Assembly: GCF_000020025.1 (NCBI RefSeq)
Contig: NC_010628.1
Coordinates: forward strand, 8,190,001-8,222,000
Source of the DNA: Nostoc punctiforme PCC 73102
GTDB lineage: Bacteria > Cyanobacteriota > Cyanobacteriia > Cyanobacteriales > Nostocaceae
Length of the DNA: 32,000 nt
Reading direction: 5' to 3'
The notes beneath the pieces are model-generated. The model saw only the letters and a program-made list of their open reading frames with translations, had not been told where the DNA came from and made no database searches. Below are positions 15,986 to 23,564 of the stretch, piece by piece. How positions within the stretch are numbered: the first letter of the stretch is position 1; the number at the start of each line of letters is the position of its first letter. Made by a program: the position numbers and the translations under genes.

Positions 15986-18900
15986 TCACCTGCGTGTGCC
16001 AATATCATCACATAAATGCTTATCGTCCTTGCTCACATTGGGGTTATTTTGCAAATAATCGCGCACCCAAGTACAACCCTTAACCATTAAATCATCCAAA
16101 TTGAGATTCCACAGTTTCACCGTCTTGTCAGAACTTGCAGAGGCAATGGTTTGACCGTCGGGGCTAAATGCCACGCCCCAAACCGAACTGCTATGACCAG
16201 TGAGAGTTTGTAAGAGTTGCCCGTTGCGATTCCACAGCTTCACCGTCTTGTCATCACTTGCAGAGGCAATGGTTTGACCGTCGGGGCTAAATGCCACGCC
16301 CCTAACCGAACTGCTATGACCAGTGAGAGTTTGTAAGAGTTGCCCGTTGCGATTCCACAGCTTCACCGTCTTGTCATCACTTGCAGAGGCAATGGTTTGA
16401 CCGTCGGGGCTAAATGCCACGCCCCTAACCGAACTGCTATGACCAGTGAGAGTTTGTAAGAGTTGCCCGTTGCGATTCCACAGCTTCACCGTCTTGTCAT
16501 CACTTGCAGAGGCAATGGTTTGATCGTCGGGGCTAAATGCCACGCCCCAAACCGAACTGCTATGACCAGTGAGAGTTTGTAAGAGTTGCCCGTTGCGATT
16601 CCACAGCTTCACCGTCTTGTCATCACTTGCAGAGGCAATGGTTTGACCGTCGGGGCTAAATGCCACGCCCCTAACCGAACTGCTATGACCAGTGAGAGTT
16701 TGTAAGAGTTGCCCGTTGCGATTCCACAGCTTCACCGTCTTGTCATCACTTGCAGAGGCAATGGTTTGACCGTCGGGGCTAAATGCCACGCCCCAAACCG
16801 AACTGCTATGACCAGTGAGAGTTTGTAAGAGTTGCCCGTTGCGATTCCACAGCTTCACCGTCTTGTCATCACTTGCAGAGGCAATGGTTTGACCGTCGGG
16901 GCTAAATGCCACGCCCCAAACCGAACTGCTATGACCAGTGAGAGTTTGTAAGAGTTGCCCGTTGCGATTCCACAGCTTCACCGTCTTGTCATCACTTGCA
17001 GAGGCAATGGTTTGACCGTCGGGCCTAAATGCCACGCCATTAACCGAACTGCTATGACCAGTGAGAGTTTGTAAGAGTTGCCCGTTGCGATTCCACAGCT
17101 TCACCGTCTTGTCATCACTTGCAGAGGCAATGGTTTGACCGTCGGGGCTAAATGCCACGCCCCTAACCGAACTGCTATGACCAGTGAGAGTTTGTAAGAG
17201 TTGCCCGTTGCGATTCCACAGCTTCACCGTCTTGTCATCACTTGCAGAGGCAATGGTTTGACCGTCGGGGCTAAATGCCACGCCCCAAACCGAACTGCTA
17301 TGACCAGTGAGAGTTTGTAAGAGTTGCCCGTTGCGATTCCACAGCTTCACCGTCTTGTCATCACTTGCAGAGGCAATGGTTTGACCGTCGGGGCTAAATG
17401 CCACGCCCCAAACCGAACTGCTATGACCAGTGAGAGTTTGTAAGAGTTGCCCGTTGCGATTCCACAGCTTCACCGTCTTGTCATCACTTGCAGAGGCAAT
17501 GGTTTGACCGTCGGGGCTAAATGCCACGCCCCTAACCGAACTGCTATGACCAGTGAGAGTTTGTAAGAGTTGCCCGTTGCGATTCCACAGCTTCACCGTC
17601 TTGTCATCACTTGCAGAGGCAATGGTTTGACCGTCGGGGCTAAATGCCACGCCCCAAACCGAACTGCTATGACCAGTGAGAGTTTGTAAGAGTTGCCCGT
17701 TGCGATTCCACAGCTTCACCGTCTTGTCATCACTTGCAGAGGCAATGGTTTGACCGTCGGGGCTAAATGCCACGCCCCTAACCGAACTGCTATGAGCTTC
17801 TAATCGGTTACGTTCTTTGACTCCATAAATTACTTGCTGGAGTGTGGCTACTGCCAAAACGCGGGTATTTGGTTCTACCTTTTTATTTGGTGTTTTGAGT
17901 CGTTTTCCTACCTTCAAACCTTCTATTAAAGCATCAAGTTCAAAATTTGATGCCATCAGGTTTTGTGATTTCAGGCTATTGGCAAGAATTTCGGCATTTA
18001 TCCGGCGTTTATCTGCATCGGCTTTGGCGGCAATTGCTTGCTGTTCTTGTTTCTGGGCAATGTTTCGCTGTTTTTCAGCGTCTGCCTGTCTATCCTTTGC
18101 TAATTGTTCAGCCGCTTTTGTTTGCTTAAGGGCTTTTTCTAAGTCTATTCCTCGTTTTTCTGCTAATTCCTGTGCCGACTTGGCTTGTGCCTCACCTGTT
18201 TCAGCCCTTTGACGCTGCTTGTCTGCCTCCCGGTGTTGTTCCTCTGCTTTTTGCTGCTGGTTCTGAGCATTTTTTGTTTGACGGTCTGCTTCTTGCCGCT
18301 GTGTTTGTTCTCTTTTTAGGGCATCTTGAGCAATTAAACGTTGCTCTTTTTCACTGTCACGGGCTTTTTGGGCAATCAGATTTTGCTTGTAAATATACCA
18401 AGCGACTCCCGTCGATAATGTCGAAAATACAATCATTACAATCACATAAGGCAGTGCAGGTTTAAGCTGTTCCCATCTATCCCGCAAGTTAAACGGCAAA
18501 TGTTTATTAATCCACTTATAATCAAAGACTTGCCGATAAACTTCATTCCGCACCCGCAAAACATTATTCTCCCGCCGCACCACCCCTGAAAGCTTTAAGT
18601 GAGATTTAGCTAAAGACTGTTCTTCATCCACAACCGCCCGCTTACCCCAGCGAATCTCGCGGTAAATAGTCAAAACCTCCGGGTCTGGTGAGCGTTTGGT
18701 GAGCATATCGCGGACAAACTGCAAGTTATTGTCTTGTTCGCTCATTGCGCCAAAAAATGTGCTGCTAACTATGCTGTCTATATCGGCAGAGGATAAGACT
18801 CGATCCCCCCTAACCCCCCTTAAGAAGGGGGGAACAATAGAACTGTTGCTAACGGGGGCTGTGGGAATCTCCAAATCTGGAAGTTCATTGCCCCCCTTTT

Positions 18901-19675
18901 TAAGGGGGGTTGGGGGGATCAAAACCAAGGCATCACAGAGACGCTGCGTTAAATAAGGATGTCCCCCCGTCCACTTCAACACCTGGCGTAATACCTGCTT
19001 AGACTCATCGCTGGGTAATCCCAATCCCTCAGCGAAGGGTAAGGCTTCCTCAAAGGTAAAATCAGTTAAATCCACACGCTGTCCAATATTAAACGGTGTG
19101 CGCTTGGCATCGCTGATTAAATCGCCGGGAGTCGCTACCCCCATTAAAACAAAAGAAAGCCGCCCAAACTCAGGATTAGTCGCACGGGCAACATAGAGAT
19201 AACGAATTGCGATAAAAAAATCATCGGTAAAATCCAGGCTGAGGGTAGAGTCAATTTCATCCACAAAAATCACCACTTGCCCTTCAACCTCAGCCAGCAA
19301 AACCTTCTCAAAAAACTGTGTCAGCCGTTGCGATACTCCCAGATGCTCGTGTTCTTGCCACCAACTCACCACATCTGTATCAAACATAAGTTGGTCATCC
19401 AGTTTGACCAAAAAGCCAAAATACCACTGTTCGGCTGTGACACTTGCCCCCAATTCCTGAAGGTCAACAATTACTGAGCTAATCCCCTCTTCCCTTAATG
19501 TGTCTGCCGTGCGTACCATCAGGCTAGACTTACCCATTTGGCGCGGCGTTAGCACATAGGCGAATATTGCTGACCGACATAAACCAAGCAATTCCTCATC
19601 AGCTTGACGGGGAATGTAAATCCCACTGCCAGCCTGTACAGTCCCCCCCACGGTGTAAATGCTTGGATTACCCAC
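15986..19675 (-). CDS. STAND-like (AAA_35-type) ATPase - TM helix - coiled coil - 14x WD40 protein, 1229 aa
   Basis: Walker A TPRQMGKSS, Walker B VVIFVDEID, GGHPYL motif. Hydrophobic segment at aa 406-429, Q/E/K/A-rich segment at aa 430-566, and 14 WD40 units of 41 aa from aa 628. The GTG start overlaps the upstream gene's stop. Confidence 0.9.
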   Translation of the reverse strand: MGNPSIYTVGGTVQAGSGIYIPRQADEELLGLCRSAIFAYVLTPRQMGKSSLMVRTADTLREEGISSVIVDLQELGASVTAEQWYFGFLVKLDDQLMFDTDVVSWWQEHEHLGVSQRLTQFFEKVLLAEVEGQVVIFVDEIDSTLSLDFTDDFFIAIRYLYVARATNPEFGRLSFVLMGVATPGDLISDAKRTPFNIGQRVDLTDFTFEEALPFAEGLGLPSDESKQVLRQVLKWTGGHPYLTQRLCDALVLIPPTPLKKGGNELPDLEIPTAPVSNSSIVPPFLRGVRGDRVLSSADIDSIVSSTFFGAMSEQDNNLQFVRDMLTKRSPDPEVLTIYREIRWGKRAVVDEEQSLAKSHLKLSGVVRRENNVLRVRNEVYRQVFDYKWINKHLPFNLRDRWEQLKPALPYVIVMIVFSTLSTGVAWYIYKQNLIAQKARDSEKEQRLIAQDALKREQTQRQEADRQTKNAQNQQQKAEEQHREADKQRQRAETGEAQAKSAQELAEKRGIDLEKALKQTKAAEQLAKDRQADAEKQRNIAQKQEQQAIAAKADADKRRINAEILANSLKSQNLMASNFELDALIEGLKVGKRLKTPNKKVEPNTRVLAVATLQQVIYGVKERNRLEAHSSSVRGVAFSPDGQTIASASDDKTVKLWNRNGQLLQTLTGHSSSVWGVAFSPDGQTIASASDDKTVKLWNRNGQLLQTLTGHSSSVRGVAFSPDGQTIASASDDKTVKLWNRNGQLLQTLTGHSSSVWGVAFSPDGQTIASASDDKTVKLWNRNGQLLQTLTGHSSSVWGVAFSPDGQTIASASDDKTVKLWNRNGQLLQTLTGHSSSVRGVAFSPDGQTIASASDDKTVKLWNRNGQLLQTLTGHSSSVNGVAFRPDGQTIASASDDKTVKLWNRNGQLLQTLTGHSSSVWGVAFSPDGQTIASASDDKTVKLWNRNGQLLQTLTGHSSSVWGVAFSPDGQTIASASDDKTVKLWNRNGQLLQTLTGHSSSVRGVAFSPDGQTIASASDDKTVKLWNRNGQLLQTLTGHSSSVWGVAFSPDDQTIASASDDKTVKLWNRNGQLLQTLTGHSSSVRGVAFSPDGQTIASASDDKTVKLWNRNGQLLQTLTGHSSSVRGVAFSPDGQTIASASDDKTVKLWNRNGQLLQTLTGHSSSVWGVAFSPDGQTIASASSDKTVKLWNLNLDDLMVKGCTWVRDYLQNNPNVSKDDKHLCDDIGTRR
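16106..17794 (-). repeat. 14 tandem near-identical 123-bp repeats encoding WD40 blades
   Basis: Unit HSSSV[W/R/N]GVAF[S/R]PD[G/D]QTIASAS[D/S]DKTVKLWNRNGQLLQTLTG. The nucleotide units differ at only a handful of positions. Confidence 0.95.
18802..18920. mobile_element. 119-bp palindromic G/C-tract mini-element (SDR/MITE-like) inside the STAND-WD40 CDS
   Basis: Arms are GATCCCCCCTAACCCCCCTTAAGAAGGGGGG and, on the other side, CCCCCCTTTTTAAGGGGGGTTGGGGGGATC, around a 57-bp centre. Translated in frame as ~aa 252-292 (LIPPTPLKKGG...PPFLRGVRGDR). Confidence 0.6.
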
Positions 19676-21203
19676 GTAGATGCTCCCGGAAATAATCGGT
19701 ATAAAGTTGACAACGAGGAAACACTACACGCCCTTCCCGGCGCACCAAACCCGCACCCCGCAACCGGAAAAAGATGCGCTCATCTTCACAGGTGTTCTGG
19801 TGAATTACTTGGAACATACCTTGAACCAACTCCTGTTTGTTATGCAGCCGGAAGAGGTGGTTACGCAAATGATTGCCAAAGGGGCCATCCTCTGCGATCG
19901 CATTGGCAAATAATTCGGTAGGATAGAGGCGATCGCTAGCAACTGAGTAAAGTGCAAGGCGTACTAAGTAAGGATGTCCACCTAGCAACGCTATTAATTG
20001 CTTTTCTTCGCTGGCATTGAAGGGTGAACCATGACGGCGGTTTAAATCAGCAACCTGTGCTGCTGTAAAATCTTCTAAATCAATTACTAGCCCAACATTA
20101 AAGGGGGATTGGTTGAGATTATCAATTAGCTGGTAGGGTTCGGTGGAAGTAACCAGCGCTAAATCCAGTTGCTTCCAGATGGGATTAGTGGCGCGGCTAT
20201 TGTGCCAGCTTCGCAGCATTCCAAAGAAATCAGAGCGAAAATCAGTATCAAAGACCCTTTCAACTTCATCCATCGCTAAGACAATGGGGTTGCCAAACTC
20301 TTTGAGCAAATAGCGGCCGACGTAGCGAGTGCAACGCTGACTATTGCCCAAAGGCATATTCCAATACTCATCAACTTTATCTGTCATTTCCAGTTCATCA
20401 GTTAACCAAGTACAGAACTGGCGAAAGAAAAGGTCAGCATTAGTTAAGGCAGCTTTGTCAAACAATTGAAAATCCAGCAAAGCAACCCGCTTACCTGCAT
20501 TCACAGCAGTATTAATTGTGCGGATTAACAGGGAACTTTTGCCCATTTGCCGGGGGCCTTTAATTGTAATTGTCACACCCTGCCGCTCAATAGTCTCTAA
20601 AGTAAGGGCATCAGATGAGCGTTCCACGTAAAAAGCGGATTGCGATTCCATTGTTCCTTCGGGCATTTCCAGGGAGACAGGCTGTGCTGAAGGAAAGGGA
20701 CGGGGTAGGAGTGACGGCTGACTCTTCTGGATTAAGTCTGCTTTTGATTTTTCTTCACTGATAGCTAATGCACCGCCATAGACAGCCTGCAACAACTCTG
20801 CAATTAGTCGCGGCGTATCTTCTGCATCTTTCCAGAATGCCCAGTTAATCCCATTTAAGTAAGCACTCAAGGGATACAGGAACGGTTCTTGATACGCCAG
20901 ACGCACCGGGAGAATTATCGGTCGTCCTGACTGTGATTTTGCCAAGTGGTGTGCTGTCTCTATCTCTGCCACCACCATCTCGCTGCTAGTTGACAAAGCA
21001 GAAAGGAAAGTAATCAAAAAATCAGCTTGGCGGATTTCTGCTTCAATACATTCAGCCCAGCGTGTGCCAACAGACATGGTTTGGTCGATGAAGACTTTGT
21101 GCTGCTGCGATAGTGCTTGGAAGACTTGGAGTGCTACTGGTTCATCGGGGCTAGCATTACGCTTGTAACTGATGAAGATGCGTTTAGCCTGTGAGTTTAA
21201 CAT
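19668..21203 (-). CDS. TIR domain - STAND-like (AAA_35-type) ATPase, 511 aa
   Basis: N-terminal TIR (RIFISYKRN...ADFLITFLSALSTSSEMVVAEIE). Walker A GPRQMGKSS, Walker B IVLAMDEVE and GGHPYL. The ATPase module is paralogous to that of the downstream WD40 protein. Confidence 0.85.
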   Translation of the reverse strand: MLNSQAKRIFISYKRNASPDEPVALQVFQALSQQHKVFIDQTMSVGTRWAECIEAEIRQADFLITFLSALSTSSEMVVAEIETAHHLAKSQSGRPIILPVRLAYQEPFLYPLSAYLNGINWAFWKDAEDTPRLIAELLQAVYGGALAISEEKSKADLIQKSQPSLLPRPFPSAQPVSLEMPEGTMESQSAFYVERSSDALTLETIERQGVTITIKGPRQMGKSSLLIRTINTAVNAGKRVALLDFQLFDKAALTNADLFFRQFCTWLTDELEMTDKVDEYWNMPLGNSQRCTRYVGRYLLKEFGNPIVLAMDEVERVFDTDFRSDFFGMLRSWHNSRATNPIWKQLDLALVTSTEPYQLIDNLNQSPFNVGLVIDLEDFTAAQVADLNRRHGSPFNASEEKQLIALLGGHPYLVRLALYSVASDRLYPTELFANAIAEDGPFGNHLRNHLFRLHNKQELVQGMFQVIHQNTCEDERIFFRLRGAGLVRREGRVVFPRCQLYTDYFREHLRG

Positions 21204-21430
21204 TACTATTAACCTTGTCTTCCTTCAGCTTTTTAAGTAGAAAAGCTTATCTAATTGCGTGTCAATTTTGTACAGAAGTTGGGTAATTCTGTGCTTTGTC
21301 ATCCAAGGGCATTTTTTCCCTATTTCGAGAATTAGCTGAACAAATTAGGATTTTATTCACAGCGCTATCAATTAGTTACACTCTACTACAGCGCAGTTGC
21401 AGGCAATTACCGACAGCACAAAAAAATTGC

Positions 21431-21556
21431 TTACGGAGTTCAAAGGCTCATTAACGGAGTTCAAAGACTCGTTAACAGAGCTAAAAGACTCGTTAATGGA
21501 GCTAAAAGACTCGTTAACGGAGTTCAAAGACTCGTTAACGGAGTTCAAAAACTCGT
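21431..21556. repeat. Tandem array of 21-bp units (TAACGGAGTTCAAAGACTCGT), 6 copies
   Basis: Units at 21431, 21452, 21473, 21494, 21515 and 21536. Lies ~230 bp upstream of the TIR-ATPase start codon. Confidence 0.9.
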
Positions 21557-21657
21557 TAGAGATATGAAAAATAATGTAGAAATGTAGCAGTGCTACGTCT
21601 CTACAAGGATTCTAGATGATGCATATTTAATTTATAGAGATATCTATTATTGAAGAA

Positions 21658-21825
21658 GAATTCAGAAGCCAGAATTCAGAAGTCAGAATCAAGATGCGAC
21701 GCTCGTTCCTCTCTACGAGACGCTGCGCGTAGCTCGCTTCTCCGTAGGAGTACGCTAACGCTACGCTATCCACCAGTCATACAGAATACCCAAGTGAATT
21801 CTGACTCCTGACTCCTGAATTCTGG
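21658..21825. repeat. Stem-loop dispersed repeat with heptamer-built arms (CAGAAGY/CAGAATY)
   Basis: GAATTCAGAAGCCAGAATTCAGAAGTCAGAATC pairs imperfectly with GAATTCTGACTCCTGACTCCTGAATTCTGG. The core shares CTCTACGAGACGCTGCGC with 13335..13440. Confidence 0.6.
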
Positions 21826-21863
21826 TCAATAAAGTTTTAGGGAATTAAACCCCATTTCAAACC

Positions 21864-21895
21864 AAAACAAAGCCTGCATAAACAGGCTTTGTTTT
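21864..21895 (-). terminator. Strong hairpin (13-bp stem AAAACAAAGCCTG / CAGGCTTTGTTTT, 6-nt loop), bidirectional terminator-like, downstream of the 197-aa lipoprotein gene
   Basis: Perfect stem read directly, with A-run and T-run flanks built into the stem. Lies 64 nt past the stop of 21959..22552. Confidence 0.6.
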
Positions 21896-21958
21896 AGTAG
21901 CACCAGACTATAAGTCTGTGCGCGCTTTCAAATTTTTACAAGAATTAAATGACTAATT

Positions 21959-22552
21959 TCAATCAACCGCCCTCTTCACTGCATTGCCTGCATCGTCAGC
22001 TGTACGCCGAACATTTCTACCAGCATCCTCAGCCCCACGCTGAACATTTTTTGTCGCGTCTTCGGCAGCATTTTGGGTATTACCTTTGAGATTTTCAATT
22101 CCTCGCTGAGTCCCCTTAACTACGCCTTCTCCCAATTCATTAGCTGAACTGCCGATATCTTCACCCAGGTTCTTCACTCTTTCACCAAAGGGTGTACCTT
22201 GCTTGTAATTTCGGCCATACTGCTCTGGGCTGTCAATTCCCTTCTGCTCGATATTTCTTTGAGCATTTTTCGCCAGTGCATCAGCTCTGTCAGTCGCTGC
22301 TTTCTCGTCTAATCTGCCTCTGGGTTCTACATCACTAAAGTTATTCATTCCACCAGCAGGAGAAGAGAGAGGATAATCTTTTGTGGGATCGTATCGTTTG
22401 GAATAAGGTGATTGAGCATCAGGCTGTGGTGGCTGTGTTGCTATTCCTGGGGCACCACAAGCTTGTGTCAAGAATAAGAATATCCCTGCCAAAAAAACTG
22501 TTAAAACTTTCAAGGGACGAATGCTTTTGAGCCAATTCATTGCTTTTTTCAT
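21959..22552 (-). CDS. Putative lipoprotein with a low-complexity charged C-terminal region
   Basis: Signal peptide plus lipobox-like LTQAC. The C-terminus has repeated A/E/D/K/N-rich ~11-mers (NAAEDATKNVQRGAEDAGRNVRRTADDAGNAVKR). Confidence 0.55.
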   Translation of the reverse strand: MKKAMNWLKSIRPLKVLTVFLAGIFLFLTQACGAPGIATQPPQPDAQSPYSKRYDPTKDYPLSSPAGGMNNFSDVEPRGRLDEKAATDRADALAKNAQRNIEQKGIDSPEQYGRNYKQGTPFGERVKNLGEDIGSSANELGEGVVKGTQRGIENLKGNTQNAAEDATKNVQRGAEDAGRNVRRTADDAGNAVKRAVD

Positions 22553-22652
22553 AGTGCTAAACTCCTTGCATTTTTGTGACTAAGTTAAACTTTAACCAAG
22601 ATGGCATTTGGAATTAATTTTGCATTCCAAGTATTCAGACAAAATAAGGATT

Positions 22653-23222
22653 CTATCTGCCTACTGCTGGATTTCTTTGTAATTCAGGTCTGCGACTTGC
22701 TTCATCTGCCTTATTTTTCAAAAAGCCGGAAGCTTCTTCAACAGTCTCTTTTACAGTCTCAAGCCGATCTTGAACCCGATCTCCAACATTTGGTTCATTC
22801 TGAATCAAACCACCGGGTTCAGGCTGGCGGAAATCTTTATCTGTGATGAGTGGCAACTCTGCTTCTTTATTGATTCGACCTGCTGGTGTCTCAGCACCAG
22901 GATAAAGTATCTTAGATTCTCTATCTGCTGTAGCAATCAACAATTCCAAACTTGGTTGTAAGCTAGCTTGGTCGCGTCCCTGACTGGCTTTTGGATTTGC
23001 TATTTTCGGATCGGTAGACATTCTGTAGTTGCCATACTTGTCTCCACCATTCTTATAAGGATTGTTTGCTCCACCAGCTTGCACAGCAGGGTTTTGTGGA
23101 TTTGCACCTTGAGCATTTGCCCCACTACAAGCAGTGCTGACTATCAACAATAGTCCAGCTAAAAAGATAGTTAATATCTGGCGCAATCTTATTTGTTTCA
23201 AGAATAGTCTCACAGCGTTCAC
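22653..23222 (-). CDS. Putative lipoprotein, N-terminally similar to the neighbouring one
   Basis: Signal peptide plus VSTAC. The leader (LKQIRLRQILTIFLAGLLL) is similar to LKSIRPLKVLTVFLAGIFL of 21959..22552. Confidence 0.55.
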   Translation of the reverse strand: MNAVRLFLKQIRLRQILTIFLAGLLLIVSTACSGANAQGANPQNPAVQAGGANNPYKNGGDKYGNYRMSTDPKIANPKASQGRDQASLQPSLELLIATADRESKILYPGAETPAGRINKEAELPLITDKDFRQPEPGGLIQNEPNVGDRVQDRLETVKETVEEASGFLKNKADEASRRPELQRNPAVGR

Positions 23223-23564
23223 GTAGTCCTCCTTACCAAAATATTAATAAGTTAAGTGTTTGCTGAATCATTGAATTGGTCTGCAAGTTATTGTGCTTGT
23301 TTTGGTTCGCTCAGTTTCGATAACCTCTATCAAGGATATGAATAATAAAAGGCTCTTTACCTCTAGCGCAGGCTACATTTTAATTAGTACATGAATAATA
23401 TTTTTATCTAACTCTAGAGAGATATAAAATAAAGTAATATAGTTCTCGTAAAAAGAACTACATCAAGCTGTTTTATACTTCAAAAGCTTTGAATAGGTAG
23501 CTGATGTACTGCAATCATAGAGGCATTGGCCCCTTGTTGCTCTAACCGTTAAATTACTAAATTC

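Noticed and set aside
16106-17794. Diversity-generating retroelement or other templated hypermutation acting on the WD40 variable codon
   Set aside because: The window contains no reverse transcriptase and no template-repeat copy outside the array. Variation among units is better explained by unequal recombination or gene conversion.
17844-19921. ORFs 17844..18212, 17947..18129, 18172..18465, 18696..18956, 19277..19477, 19604..19921 and 19680..19913 (+)
   Set aside because: They are antisense to the two STAND genes. Several are artefacts of the biased coiled-coil codons or of the palindromic mini-element, which reads open on both strands.
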